This document shows positions 27,312 through 38,328 of a stretch of 55,236 nucleotides of DNA, in pieces (position 1 is the stretch's first letter; each line of letters begins with the position of its first letter). The stretch covers positions 1 through 55,236 of the forward strand of contig CAZYZD010000003.1 in NCBI GenBank assembly GCA_964651755.1. The letters are read 5' to 3'. This stretch comes from an uncultured Sulfurospirillum sp. (GTDB lineage Bacteria > Campylobacterota > Campylobacteria > Campylobacterales > QNZT01). A model generated the notes under the pieces. It did not search any database. It saw only the letters and a program-made list of their open reading frames with translations, and was not told the DNA's origin. The position numbers were made by a program, and so were the translations under genes.

Positions 27312-28797
27312 TGCAAAACTGAGCCTTTTCCTGGATCAGGCAAAAGCGAAAGCAAGTACAATCGAATATGAAGCGGAAAAATTGCTTCAGGATGCCAGAA
27401 TCAAGGCAAAAGATCTTGAAATCGAGGCAAAAAACAGTTATGAAGAGAAAAAACAGAAACTTCTTGCCGAGTATGAAAAACGTTTTGCACAGCTGGAGCA
27501 GAAAGAGCAGGATGTCAATACTCTTTTTAAAGATGAACTTAAAAATATTATGTCTGAAAAAGAGGATCTCAAACAGGAGAAACTCTCTTTGCAGGAGTAT
27601 AAAGAGGAGTTGCAGAAAAAAGAGGTTGAACTCAAAACCAAACTTGAAGATGCTGACAAACTGATAGAACGTTCAGCCGGAATGACCGGTGATGAAGCCA
27701 GGGAAATTGTACTTAAACGTGCTGAAGAGAATGCCCGTGCAGAGATTGCACATATTGTCAGAAAATATGAGCAGGAAGCAAAAAACAAAGCGAAAAAACA
27801 TGCTTATTATATTCTGGCACAGGCAACGACACGATTTGCGGGTGAGTTTGCTGCCGAGCGGCTGATCAATACTGTCAACCTGCCAAGTGATGATATCAAA
27901 GGGCGTATTATCGGGAAAGAGGGTAGAAATATCAAAGCACTGGAGATGATTCTGGGCGTAGATGTAATTATCGACGATACCCCGAATGTGATCATTCTCA
28001 GCAGTTTCAATCTTTACCGTCGTGCAATTGCCACACAGGTGATCGAAGAGTTGATTCAGGACGGACGCATACAGCCTGCACGTATTGAAGATATTTACAA
28101 AAAAGTAACCGAAGAGTTTGAGCAGAAGATTTATGAAGAGGGTGAAGATATTTTGCTTGATTTCGGTATTGCAGATATGCATCCTGAAATTATCAAGCTG
28201 ATTGGTAAGCTTCGCTTCAGAGCTTCTTACGGACAAAATGCACTGGGGCACTCTCTTGAGGTTGCCAATCTTGCAGGGATTATTGCTGCGGAGTGCGGCG
28301 GAGATGAAAAACTGGCGCGCAGAGCAGGTATACTGCACGATATCGGTAAAGCATTGACGCATGATTTCTCAGGCAGTCATGTCGATCTGGGTGCCGAGAT
28401 ATGCAAACGATACAACGAACACCCTGTCGTCATCAATGCCATTTACGCGCATCATGGTCATGAAGAAGTAACCAGCATAGAATCAGCTGCTGTCTGTGCG
28501 GCAGATACACTATCTGCTGCGAGACCGGGTGCCAGAAGAGAAGTGCTGGAAGCATTTTTGAAAAGGGTACAGGATATTGAAGATATTGCTACCTCCAAGA
28601 CAGGTGTCCGCTCTGCCTATGCGATCAACGCGGGGCGCGAGATCCGGGTAATTGCCAATGCCAAACTGATCAACGATGACGAAGCGGTACTTCTTTCCAA
28701 AGAGATTGCCAAAGAGATTGAAGAGAAGGTACAGTACCCCGGAGATATCAAAGTCAATGTTATACGGGAACTTCGTGCGGTAGATTACGCCAGATAA
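27229..28797 (+). CDS. rny: Ribonuclease Y
   Basis: TM anchor, coiled coil, KH domain (KGRIIGKEGRNI), HD domain (LHDIGK), SAARPGAR. Confidence 0.98.
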   Translation: MITEIAIALAGVLAGAGVTALVTKRGHNAKLSLFLDQAKAKASTIEYEAEKLLQDARIKAKDLEIEAKNSYEEKKQKLLAEYEKRFAQLEQKEQDVNTLFKDELKNIMSEKEDLKQEKLSLQEYKEELQKKEVELKTKLEDADKLIERSAGMTGDEAREIVLKRAEENARAEIAHIVRKYEQEAKNKAKKHAYYILAQATTRFAGEFAAERLINTVNLPSDDIKGRIIGKEGRNIKALEMILGVDVIIDDTPNVIILSSFNLYRRAIATQVIEELIQDGRIQPARIEDIYKKVTEEFEQKIYEEGEDILLDFGIADMHPEIIKLIGKLRFRASYGQNALGHSLEVANLAGIIAAECGGDEKLARRAGILHDIGKALTHDFSGSHVDLGAEICKRYNEHPVVINAIYAHHGHEEVTSIESAAVCAADTLSAARPGARREVLEAFLKRVQDIEDIATSKTGVRSAYAINAGREIRVIANAKLINDDEAVLLSKEIAKEIEEKVQYPGDIKVNVIRELRAVDYAR

Positions 28798-28801
28798 GAG
28801 G

Positions 28802-30568
28802 ATGCAGACCTATACATTTTCTGAAATATTTGCAGAAATCAGGAAATACAAAAAAGAGCTGATTATTGCAAATATTGTTGCTATTCTGGCAACACTTGCG
28901 GCTGCCCCCGCACCGCTTCTGATGCCTCTGCTGGTAGATGAAGTTTTATTGCATAAACCGGGTTACCTGGTAGGAAAAATAGACTCTCTTTTCGGTTTTT
29001 CTCATGAAGCATGGTTCTATGTTGCAGTTGTTTTGGTTTTTACACTGCTGCTGCGAATGCTCTATTTTATGTTTAGTATTGTGCAAAGCTGGTATTTTAC
29101 TATTATCTCAAAAAATATTACCTATAAAATACGAAAAGATCTTCTGCATCAAATTTCAAGAGTGAGTCTGCGGGAATTTGAAAATTTTGGAAGTGGTAAA
29201 ATCTCATCTCTGGCAATTGTGGATGTTGCTACGATTGACAGTTTTTTATCCTCTTCCATCAGTAAACTGGTAATCTCTCTTTTTATGATTATCGCTGTTT
29301 CTGTCGTACTGCTTTTGATTCACTGGCAGCTTGCACTTTTCATTTTGCTGTTCAATCCATTTGTCGTGGTGCTGACACGTAAAATTGCCAAAAATGTCTC
29401 CAGATACAAGAAAGAGGAGAATGCAATCATTGCAACATTTCAGGAATCTCTTTCCGAGACGATGGAACTTTTCCGACAGGTCAGGGCGGCAAATGCTGAG
29501 AATCATTTTTTCGCTAAACTGAAAAATCTGGCAGGTGAAATCAAAGAGAAGGGGATTGCCTTTGCCTACAAATCCCAGATCTCGATCAATGGTTCACATA
29601 TGCTCTTCCTGGCAGGTTTTGAACTTTTCAGGGGAGCCGGTATTTTGATGGTCGCCTACTCGGATCTGAGTATTGGACAAATGCTGGCATTTTTTGGATA
29701 CCTGTGGGTTATTGTGGCACCTGTCAATCAGATTATCACGATGCAGTATGATTATCACAATGCAAGAGAAGCACTGAAACGTATCAATACTATTTTTGAT
29801 CTGGAGAAAGAGCCTGCGTATCCGCATCTGCAAAATCCTTTCATGAAAAAGAAAGCAAACAGTGTCACCATCAGAAACCTCTCTTTTTCCTATCAAAAAG
29901 AGTTACCGATACTGAAAGATGTTTCACTACAGATCAAAGAAAAACAGAAAGTGGCGCTTGTAGGGGCAAGCGGTAACGGCAAAACAACACTGGCTCAGCT
30001 GATTGTCGGGTTTTATCAGCCCGATAGCGGTGATATCCGTTATGACGGTATCTCCTATAAAGAGATCGGTCTGGATGTGATCCGCGAACATGTCTATCTT
30101 GTATTGCAGATTCCAATGCTCTTTAATGAAACAATCCGTTTCAATCTTACTTTCGGCAAAGATGTAGCCGAATCTAAAATCATAGAAGCATTGGAAATTG
30201 CACAGCTGGATGATTTCTTGAAAACTTTGCCCGATGGTCTTGATACGCTGGTTGGGACAAACGGTGTTAAACTCTCCGGAGGGCAGAGACAACGTATCTC
30301 CATTGCACGGATGATTATCAGCGATCCCAATATCGTTATTTTAGACGAATCTACCTCCGCACTGGATATCCACACAGAAGAGGCGCTTTTTGAGAGGTTG
30401 CAGCCTTTTTTGGCGGAGCGGACGACGATTATTATCGCGCATCGTTTGAGCACAATCAAGCAGGCAGATTATATCTACATGATTGATGAAGGCAAAGTTA
30501 TACAGGAAGGTACACTTGATGATTTATTAAAGCAGCAAAACAGACTGCATACTTTTTTCAACCCTTAA
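28802..30568 (+). CDS. ABC exporter, fused permease/ATPase
   Basis: Six-TM domain, GASGNGKTT, LSGGQRQR, ILDESTSALD, IAHRLST. Confidence 0.93.
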   Translation: MQTYTFSEIFAEIRKYKKELIIANIVAILATLAAAPAPLLMPLLVDEVLLHKPGYLVGKIDSLFGFSHEAWFYVAVVLVFTLLLRMLYFMFSIVQSWYFTIISKNITYKIRKDLLHQISRVSLREFENFGSGKISSLAIVDVATIDSFLSSSISKLVISLFMIIAVSVVLLLIHWQLALFILLFNPFVVVLTRKIAKNVSRYKKEENAIIATFQESLSETMELFRQVRAANAENHFFAKLKNLAGEIKEKGIAFAYKSQISINGSHMLFLAGFELFRGAGILMVAYSDLSIGQMLAFFGYLWVIVAPVNQIITMQYDYHNAREALKRINTIFDLEKEPAYPHLQNPFMKKKANSVTIRNLSFSYQKELPILKDVSLQIKEKQKVALVGASGNGKTTLAQLIVGFYQPDSGDIRYDGISYKEIGLDVIREHVYLVLQIPMLFNETIRFNLTFGKDVAESKIIEALEIAQLDDFLKTLPDGLDTLVGTNGVKLSGGQRQRISIARMIISDPNIVILDESTSALDIHTEEALFERLQPFLAERTTIIIAHRLSTIKQADYIYMIDEGKVIQEGTLDDLLKQQNRLHTFFNP

Positions 30569-30595
30569 TAAATAAAACAATAAATAGAGGATTTT

Positions 30596-31153
30596 ATGGA
30601 AGATATTTTTCAATCACTGACAACTTACGGTTATATTGCACTTTTTTTATATTCGCTTGGCGGAGGATTTTTCGGATTGATTGCAGCGGGAGCGCTTAGC
30701 TATCTGGGCAAAATGGATATTGTTATTTCAATGCTGGTTGTTTTTGTCGCCAATTACCTGGGGGATATGATTCTCTTTTATATGGCACGTTATAACAAAG
30801 AGATAATTGCTCCCTACATGAAATCTCATCGTCGTAAATTTGCACTTTCTCATCTTCTGGTCAAAAAATATGGGGATTTTGCTGTTTTTATTCAAAAATT
30901 TATTTATGGTGTCAAGACACTGGTGCCGATCGCTATGGGATTGTCAAAATATAGTTTTGTCAAATTTGGTATATTAAATATCCCTGCAACTGCAATTTTT
31001 GTCCTCTTTTTCGGTTTACTGAGCTACAAAGGGGGTGAACATATTGTCGCACTCTTTGCCAAACTAAAAGAGACACCATGGATAATGCCGCTGATTCTTT
31101 TCTCTTTGATTGGCGGTTTATGGTTCTATTTTCATAAGGCAACCAAAAAGTAG
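30596..31153 (+). CDS. DedA family membrane protein
   Basis: YGYIALFLYSLGGG, GDMILFY and QKFIYGVKT motifs. Confidence 0.9.
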   Translation: MEDIFQSLTTYGYIALFLYSLGGGFFGLIAAGALSYLGKMDIVISMLVVFVANYLGDMILFYMARYNKEIIAPYMKSHRRKFALSHLLVKKYGDFAVFIQKFIYGVKTLVPIAMGLSKYSFVKFGILNIPATAIFVLFFGLLSYKGGEHIVALFAKLKETPWIMPLILFSLIGGLWFYFHKATKK

Positions 31154-31959
31154 TGCAGGTTAGTGTTGTTATACCCACCTATAACCGTGCCGAAATGGTG
31201 GTACGTGCTGTGGATTCTGTACTTGCACAGAGTGAAGCGGCAGATCAGATTATTGTTGTGGATGACGGATCGTCTGATGCCACACAACAATTTCTGGCAT
31301 CCTATCATGAACAGATAGAGGTGATTTATCAGCCAAACAGAGGTGTCTCGGCGGCAAGGAACAGCGGTATAAAAGCAGCCAGGTATGAGTGGATTGCCTT
31401 TTTGGACTCTGATGACTGCTGGCATAAAGAGAAACTCTATTATCAAAAAGCGTTTCACCGAAAATATCCTGAAATATTATGGTCGCATACGCTGGAAGCA
31501 TGGATTCGCAATGGAAAAACAATCTCTCAGAAAAAACATCATGCAAAACCGGAAGGAGCCTGTTTTTACGAATCACTCTCTTTTTGCAAAATAGCACCTT
31601 CAACAGTGATGCTTCACCGGGATATTTTAGAGGAAATTGGTTATTTTGATGTAGATTTACCGGTTTGTGAAGATTATGATCTCTGGTTGCGTATTTTAAA
31701 AGTATATGATATTGGATTGGTTCATGAAGTATTGACCACCAAATATGCAGGACATACCCAGCTCTCTTTCTCCGACTATATTTTAGATCAATATCGGATT
31801 AAAGCACTCTGTAAACATCTTCCTGAAAAAAAGGTACATGAAGAGATTGAAAAAAAATTGATGATTCTCAAAACTGGCGCACAGAAGCACAAAAATCAAT
31901 CTGTACTTCATTTTTGCGACGAAATCGAAATGTGTATCAGGCGGAAAGAGGCTCTTTAA
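31153..31959 (+). CDS. Glycosyltransferase family 2
   Basis: SVVIPTYNR, VDDGSSD, GVSAARNSG, FLDSDD and EDYDLWLR motifs. Confidence 0.93.
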   Translation: MQVSVVIPTYNRAEMVVRAVDSVLAQSEAADQIIVVDDGSSDATQQFLASYHEQIEVIYQPNRGVSAARNSGIKAARYEWIAFLDSDDCWHKEKLYYQKAFHRKYPEILWSHTLEAWIRNGKTISQKKHHAKPEGACFYESLSFCKIAPSTVMLHRDILEEIGYFDVDLPVCEDYDLWLRILKVYDIGLVHEVLTTKYAGHTQLSFSDYILDQYRIKALCKHLPEKKVHEEIEKKLMILKTGAQKHKNQSVLHFCDEIEMCIRRKEAL

Positions 31960-33592
31960 TCTCCAACGGTTTTTTGGCAAGCTCCAATTCTGCTTTGCCG
32001 ATATAAAATCCCTGAGAGTAGTCAATTCCTATTTCATTGATAATATTGAAAATCTTTTTATCGCTGACATACTCTGCTACAGTTTTTGCACCAATTTTAT
32101 CTGCAAAGATTTTGATTGTCTCTACTGTTTGCCGACATGCGTTGGAGTGGGCGATATCTTTGATAAGTGAACCGTCAAGTTTGATAATATCTGGTTGAAA
32201 TTCGATAATACGGATAAAGTTGGAAAAGCCGCTTCCAAAGTCATCAATGGCAATTTTAACGCCGTAACTTTTTGCCAATTGGATAAAGTTTTTGACAACT
32301 TCATAAGAGTCTGTCTCTTTGTCTTCAAGCAATTCAAATATCAATTTATCGGTAACATCTCTGTTGTTTTCCAAAGCTTCGAGTAAAAATTCACGCATTA
32401 CCGGATCTTCAATATCAAGAGAAGAGAGATTAATAGAAATCTCACATCCGTTTTCTCTGATTTTTTGTATTACTTTATCGATAAGCAGTTTTGTAATATA
32501 TGGATAGAGTTTACCTTTTTTGGCAGCCTCAAGAAAGTAGGGCTGTGGAAATACCACATCATATTTTTCATCATACATCCGTACCAGTGCTTCATAACGT
32601 TTGATTTCGCCTGTTTTGTTATTATAGATGGGCTGAAAAAAGGGAACAATCTTATCATCTTTCAGGGCTTCTTTGATTACTTTGAGAATTTTGAGATTCT
32701 CTTCAATATTCTCTTTGAGTTTATCAATCATTCCATCTGAAAGAAGATACTCTTTTTTCTCCTGAAGCGCAGCTCCAAGAATTGTATGGGCATCTTCATA
32801 AAGTGTTTCAGGCGAAGTATTTGAATAACTCATTGTAACATTGACATAAAATTCATACATATCGAAAGTAAAACGACTCTTTTTGACATACTCGATCAAA
32901 TTGGTACAAAATGCTTCAATTCTGTTACTTTCAAAGTTTTCAACATCGACAAGAATGGCATATTCCCCGTTTGAAATATGGTAAATGGAGTGTCTGGGTA
33001 ACAGTGCGCTGAATTGTTTGAGTGCATTCAGAAATATACTATCAAGTTTTTCAGCGATTTTACTGCCGAAAAAACTTTCGTTGAGTGTATAATTATCCAT
33101 ATATACCAGAAAAAGTCCTGCTTTTTTCATATCGGATTGCTGAATATCTTTCATCAGTGCCAGTTTATTGGGGTAACCGCTTGCTGCATTGATAGATGCA
33201 AGAATATACCGCTTGTTGAGTCTTGCCGTTTCAATATAGGATTTACATCTGGCTTTGAGTTCAAGTTTATCAAAAGATTTGTTGATAAAATCATTAACAC
33301 CGCATTCAAGAGCTTTAATCTTGTCTTCTTTGCTTTCAAGTGAAGTAATCATCAAAATCGGCGTTCTTTGGATCTGATCTATTTTGCGTATCTCCTGTGT
33401 TGCTTCAAAACCGTCCATAACCGGCATCATTGCATCCATCAGTACAATATCCGGTGATTCTGACAATACCTTTTCAATTGCTTCTTTACCGTTTTCTGCT
33501 TCAATAAAGGTATAGCCTTCCTCTTTCAGTGCCAGTTTGATCATCATCCGATTTACGGCGATATCGTCCACTATCAATATTTTTGCACTCAT
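31937..33592 (-). CDS. Response regulator with REC, degenerate GGDEF and EAL domains (c-di-GMP phosphodiesterase)
   Basis: ILIVDD..DAMMPVMDG receiver; ISNGEY in place of GGDEF; YEALVR, IAIDDFGSG, VAEYV and YSQGFY. Confidence 0.92.
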   Translation of the reverse strand: MSAKILIVDDIAVNRMMIKLALKEEGYTFIEAENGKEAIEKVLSESPDIVLMDAMMPVMDGFEATQEIRKIDQIQRTPILMITSLESKEDKIKALECGVNDFINKSFDKLELKARCKSYIETARLNKRYILASINAASGYPNKLALMKDIQQSDMKKAGLFLVYMDNYTLNESFFGSKIAEKLDSIFLNALKQFSALLPRHSIYHISNGEYAILVDVENFESNRIEAFCTNLIEYVKKSRFTFDMYEFYVNVTMSYSNTSPETLYEDAHTILGAALQEKKEYLLSDGMIDKLKENIEENLKILKVIKEALKDDKIVPFFQPIYNNKTGEIKRYEALVRMYDEKYDVVFPQPYFLEAAKKGKLYPYITKLLIDKVIQKIRENGCEISINLSSLDIEDPVMREFLLEALENNRDVTDKLIFELLEDKETDSYEVVKNFIQLAKSYGVKIAIDDFGSGFSNFIRIIEFQPDIIKLDGSLIKDIAHSNACRQTVETIKIFADKIGAKTVAEYVSDKKIFNIINEIGIDYSQGFYIGKAELELAKKPLEIKEPLSA

Positions 33593-35787
33593 TGTGTTAC
33601 TTTCTCCTGTACAAGTTCATAGAGTTTTTGCCCCAGTTTGTTATAAAGTGATTTGTAATCCACTGCTTTTTGAAAAGTCGCTGCAGCTTCGATCTCTTTG
33701 GAAATGGCATATATATCATCAAGTGCAAGATTTGCCGCACTTCCTTTGATAGAGTGTGCTTCATTACGTATGGTTTCATAATCTTCAGAGAGTATTCCCT
33801 GATAGAGTTTATGCATATTCTCATTTGCACTTTGCATAAACATATTCATAAGCATCTGGGCATCTTCTGTATCGATATCCATTTTTGTTGCAAGTTCATT
33901 TATATCTACCATATCATCTCCTTTTTCATTCCCATCATGATTTAAAAATTTTGTAAACATCTCCAGAAGTTGCGCTTTACTGACAGGTTTGGTCATATAC
34001 TCATCCATACCCGCGTCGATAAATCGCTCTCTGTCACCCTTTAGTGCATTAGCTGTCAAAGCAATAATCGGTGTATGTGTCAATTTTTTGTTTTTTTCTA
34101 TATCCAGTATCACTTTGGTAGCCTCAATACCGTTTAGATTAGGCATATTCTCATCCATTAAAATTAAGTCATAACTTTTTTGCTCAAATGCATGAACAGC
34201 CTCCAGTCCATCATTGGCTATATCGTACGTTAGACCAAATTTTTTCAGTAAAAGTGTCATGTACATTTGATTTGCTTTATTATCTTCTACCAGCAGAATA
34301 TGTTTGCCTTTGAGTCTGGATGTATCCAGTTTTGGCATAGTTGTATTGTTTTTATATTCACCTATCTCAACAGGAATAGAGAAATAAAATCTGGTCAATA
34401 CGCCAGGGTTGCTGTAAAGTTTAAGTTCCCCACCCAACATTTCAACCAAGCGGCTGGAGATAGAGAGTCCAAGACCTGTTCCCCCGTATTTACGGGTTGT
34501 AGAACTTTCTGCCTGTGAAAAGGCTTTGAAAATATCCTGCTGTTTCTCTTTTGGGATACCAATTCCATTATCTTCTACTGCAACATTGAGATAACCATTT
34601 TTATATTCGATATAGAGACTGACACGACCATTGTTTTTGGAAAATTTAATAGCATTGGAAAGGAGGTTTGCAATGACTTGTTTGATACGCAATGGATCAC
34701 TGACAAGCGCATTTGGCATATTGTTATGATCCATATGTAGTGTCAGTGAAATATTTTTTTCCGATGCCTTGGCACGAAAGAGGTCTGTCATGGTATTAAA
34801 TTCGTCATAGGTATTGAAATTGATCTTTTCGATAAAGAGATTGCCACTTTCGATTTTGCTGAAATCAAGAATATCGTTAATAACTCCAAGCAGGGCATTG
34901 GAAGAGTTCTGGATGGTATTGATATATTTTAGTTTTTCGGGATCTTCTTCCTTCTCTTTGAGTAAATCTATAAAACCGAGTATCGCATTGAGCGGTGTAC
35001 GTATTTCATGAGACATATTTGCCAGGAAATTCGACTTTGCCTGATTCGCTTCTTTGGCTTTTTCTGCCATATCCTGTGCCTCTTTTTTGGCAGCTTCAAT
35101 ATTTTTATTATATTTTAAAATCTGGTTGCTGATAAGATGACTTACATAGAGGAAAAAGACAATTACTAAAGAGATCGCTATAAATTGATAACCTGCATAA
35201 TAAAGTATCTTTTTATCAAGATCTTTGTTGATTGTCTCTATCTCTTGAAATGTTTTCTCTAAAATATTATTGTTGATTTTCTGCATCTCTTTGATCATAT
35301 AGATCACCTCTGAGATATAGGAATCTTTATCCATCTTCATTTTTTGGTTAAAGTCATTCAATGAAAGTTTGAACAACATAATATATTGTTTCAGGCTCCG
35401 TATCTGTTCCCTTGTATAATTGTAAAATTCTTGATTGTCAACATTGGATTCTGTTTGTGCTATCTTTTCAAGTTCTTTGATATTTTTGGCAAGTTGAATG
35501 ATTTTGTCATTAATCTTTTCTTTAAAATAGAGTTGGTTTTTGCTGTTGGATTTGACAACGGAAATATCAGATATATCTTCTCTGAGGTTGAGTAAGATAG
35601 TCGAAATGGCAACTTCGGTGTTTTTTTTCATTTCGAGAATTTTAGTCTGACTGTAAAGATTCTCTATCATATTGTTGAAAATATAATTCAGACTGATAAC
35701 TATCAGCAATCCCATGAGAAAAAGACGTGTCAGAAGCTGCAGGTTTTTATAAGTCTGGTTCTGATAATTTTTGTCTGTTTTGTTCAT
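33589..35787 (-). CDS. Hybrid sensor histidine kinase (2 TM, HisKA, HATPase, REC, Hpt)
   Basis: [38 protein letters not shown], and [11 protein letters not shown] Hpt motif. Confidence 0.95.
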   Translation of the reverse strand: MNKTDKNYQNQTYKNLQLLTRLFLMGLLIVISLNYIFNNMIENLYSQTKILEMKKNTEVAISTILLNLREDISDISVVKSNSKNQLYFKEKINDKIIQLAKNIKELEKIAQTESNVDNQEFYNYTREQIRSLKQYIMLFKLSLNDFNQKMKMDKDSYISEVIYMIKEMQKINNNILEKTFQEIETINKDLDKKILYYAGYQFIAISLVIVFFLYVSHLISNQILKYNKNIEAAKKEAQDMAEKAKEANQAKSNFLANMSHEIRTPLNAILGFIDLLKEKEEDPEKLKYINTIQNSSNALLGVINDILDFSKIESGNLFIEKINFNTYDEFNTMTDLFRAKASEKNISLTLHMDHNNMPNALVSDPLRIKQVIANLLSNAIKFSKNNGRVSLYIEYKNGYLNVAVEDNGIGIPKEKQQDIFKAFSQAESSTTRKYGGTGLGLSISSRLVEMLGGELKLYSNPGVLTRFYFSIPVEIGEYKNNTTMPKLDTSRLKGKHILLVEDNKANQMYMTLLLKKFGLTYDIANDGLEAVHAFEQKSYDLILMDENMPNLNGIEATKVILDIEKNKKLTHTPIIALTANALKGDRERFIDAGMDEYMTKPVSKAQLLEMFTKFLNHDGNEKGDDMVDINELATKMDIDTEDAQMLMNMFMQSANENMHKLYQGILSEDYETIRNEAHSIKGSAANLALDDIYAISKEIEAAATFQKAVDYKSLYNKLGQKLYELVQEKVTQ

Positions 35788-35831
35788 ATAGTTATCCCAA
35801 ATTTACTCTTAATTGTTCTCTCACAGATACT

Positions 35832-35858
35832 ATATCGACAAATACCAACTGTAGTAAA
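35832..35858 (-). promoter_or_regulatory. Possible sigma28 (FliA) promoter for the kinase/EAL operon
   Basis: Minus strand TTTA-N15-GTCGATAT; good -10, imperfect -35. Confidence 0.4.
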
Positions 35859-35898
35859 GTATAAAATAATATTTTACGTTTGTTTAAGTAAAAAATTT

Positions 35899-37242
35899 TT
35901 AATGATGTCGTTCCATTGCATACTCTTTTTCAAAAACCCTTTTATTCCATGAGATGATGACAACCAGCGCCAGGGCATAAAGGAGTGTAGAGAGTAAAAT
36001 AACTCCGACAACAATCGCTTCAAACATCTCTTTGTGTGCAAAATCAGCCGGAAGCATCTGCAGCATTACAATAGAGAGCCCGCCTTTGATACCTGCAAAA
36101 AGCAGAACACTCCACCAACGAAAAGAGATATCTGTCATTTTTGCCGAACGATTGGAAAAGAGGGCAAAAAGAGCCATCATAGCAGCACGAATAAGCGTTG
36201 TCACCAGAAACATCCAGAGAATTTCACTGGCATATTTGAGTAGCAGATTGATATGTACAATACTTGCCATAGAGATAAAAAGAAAAGCATTGGCAAGCAG
36301 AGCAAGTACGCTGATATACTGCATATTGAGCTTATGCTGTTCAATTTCTGTTATATCTGATCCCAGTTTACGGGTAATACCACTCATAAACTGGGTTGAG
36401 AAAATTTTCTTGCTTTTGTTGGTACGGTCAAGAATACGTTTGCTTTTGCGTACCCTTCGGTCAATTTCACGCAGGGATTGCTGGGTGATGGTATTAAGCG
36501 TAATAACTGCAACAATTACTGCAAGTAAACCCGAAACATGAAAATGTTCGGCAATTTCAAAAGCACTGTATGCAGTCAGAAGAATCACGACAAGTTCACT
36601 CATTCCGTTTTCTGTAGTACGCATCAGTTGAATTCCCAGAAAACCTGTTACTAAACCAATAAGAACAGAGAGAGTAAGTACTTTTGCAGAAACAGTTACG
36701 ATATCCACAGGACCGATATCTGTGCCGTTGATCATAGGAAGGGCGATAAAACTGAAAATAATCAAAGCGGTAGCATCATTGAAAAGCGATTCTCCTTCTG
36801 CGAGGATTTTTAGCTTATGGGGTACTTTGAAACTGGAAAAAACAGAAACAACAGAAACAGGGTCGGTCGCAAGAACCATTGCAAAAAGGGCGATAAGCGC
36901 ACCTGCTCCAAGTTCATATTCGCTAAAAAACGTGATTGCTGTCCAGTATCCGGAAAGCAAAGAGAGTATTACTGCGATAACAGCAAGGAAAATAAGACTT
37001 AATGCATTTTTTTTCAAATCTTTCAAATCAAGCTGCAGTGCATCGGATGTAATTAAAATAGGTATCAGGAAAAGTACCAGCTCTGCAAAATTCTCTTCTG
37101 AAAAGATACGCAGATTAGGAAATATATAGAAAGATAAATAACTTAAAATCAGTAATGAAACCGGTGATGGAATTTTAAAATACTTTTGTATCTCAATTGA
37201 GAGGAAAAGAACAGTCAGTAAAAGCAGTAATTCGAGTATCAT
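35899..37242 (-). CDS. CPA1-family Na+(K+)/H+ antiporter
   Basis: ATDPVSV, EGESLFNDA, HVSGLLAV and GIKGGLS motifs; multiple TM helices. ATG 37242 chosen as start. Confidence 0.92.
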   Translation of the reverse strand: MILELLLLLTVLFLSIEIQKYFKIPSPVSLLILSYLSFYIFPNLRIFSEENFAELVLFLIPILITSDALQLDLKDLKKNALSLIFLAVIAVILSLLSGYWTAITFFSEYELGAGALIALFAMVLATDPVSVVSVFSSFKVPHKLKILAEGESLFNDATALIIFSFIALPMINGTDIGPVDIVTVSAKVLTLSVLIGLVTGFLGIQLMRTTENGMSELVVILLTAYSAFEIAEHFHVSGLLAVIVAVITLNTITQQSLREIDRRVRKSKRILDRTNKSKKIFSTQFMSGITRKLGSDITEIEQHKLNMQYISVLALLANAFLFISMASIVHINLLLKYASEILWMFLVTTLIRAAMMALFALFSNRSAKMTDISFRWWSVLLFAGIKGGLSIVMLQMLPADFAHKEMFEAIVVGVILLSTLLYALALVVIISWNKRVFEKEYAMERHH

Positions 37243-37285
37243 AAACACCCCTTTTTAATAAAATGTTATGATACCCGGATTTGAT

Positions 37286-37429
37286 TTAAGGTCTAAGAAT
37301 ACTTCCTACGCCTACACCCACATCAATACCGCCGACATTGACTGTTTTACTAGCTCCAATATTGGCATAGGGCGTAGAAACACAACCGTTCAGAAATAAA
37401 ATACCAACTATGAGGAAAAAGTATTTCAT
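37286..37429 (-). CDS. Small 47-aa lipoprotein
   Basis: AAGGAG SD; MKYFFLIVGILFLNGC lipobox; Gly/Val-rich tail. Confidence 0.75.
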   Translation of the reverse strand: MKYFFLIVGILFLNGCVSTPYANIGASKTVNVGGIDVGVGVGSILRP

Positions 37430-37488
37430 GATATCTCCTTTATCTTTCCAGCATAGCACAAAATCGTGAAACGATTGTGGCATTGTAC

Positions 37489-38253
37489 TTATTGTGTAAT
37501 CAAGCGCGCATTGATCGGTTGTACCGGTCGGTTATTATTTGTTCCTATAATTTTGTGTATCTGTTCAATTTGTCCTTTTGAAGCAGTCACACTTTTTTTG
37601 AAAAGTGCCCAAAGTACCCCTTCACTGCACGGTGGTGTTGTAAGTGAACCGTTGTAGCGGTAATAATCGACATCCATAGGCATCAGGGCAGAGGCATTTG
37701 CAGGTTGTTTGAGTTTGCTGACAGTTCCTTCGACAGGGGAAAGGACTTCAATTATTTTCTGCAATTCCGGATTTTCCGCACCCTCTTCAAACAGGAGTCC
37801 AAGTACGGCAATATTTCCCTCTTTGTCAAGATGCACAAAATGTGCTTCCATCGGGAATGATTTTCCCTCTACAGTATGCTCACTCGGCGTATGAAAATGG
37901 AACTGTTTAAGTTCAAAAGTATGTCCGTCGATTGTAACAAGACTGCCTGGTCTGTAATTTACCTGTACAGCGTGTCCGTTGTATGTTGTATTTTCTCCAC
38001 CGACAAAGTAACGGAACTGGATATGTTTTTTAGCAATATGGCGCGTATCTTTGATATCAACTGGAGATTGGTTTTTTCCCTCTTTGCACATATGGTACTC
38101 AGGTTTCAGATCTCCCCAGTGCTCTGGTCCGTATGCCGTATCATAGCTCCAGTGATGTGTTGCAACAGGATGAACTTCTACTTTTTTCTCTTTGGATGCA
38201 CAGCCGCTTATAAGGATTGCAACTGACAATCCCGCAAATAGAATTTTGAACAT
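37489..38253 (-). CDS. cah: Alpha-class carbonic anhydrase, lipoprotein
   Basis: HWSY, QSPVDI, QFHFHTPSEH, EAHFVH, GSLTTPPCSEGV and NNRPVQP; lipobox ISGC. Confidence 0.95.
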   Translation of the reverse strand: MFKILFAGLSVAILISGCASKEKKVEVHPVATHHWSYDTAYGPEHWGDLKPEYHMCKEGKNQSPVDIKDTRHIAKKHIQFRYFVGGENTTYNGHAVQVNYRPGSLVTIDGHTFELKQFHFHTPSEHTVEGKSFPMEAHFVHLDKEGNIAVLGLLFEEGAENPELQKIIEVLSPVEGTVSKLKQPANASALMPMDVDYYRYNGSLTTPPCSEGVLWALFKKSVTASKGQIEQIHKIIGTNNNRPVQPINARLITQ

Positions 38254-38328
38254 CAAATCCTCCTTTGGATATTTTAATTTTCATACTATCAAAAAGCGAT
38301 TTATAACTTTACATGCTATAATCTGTAA

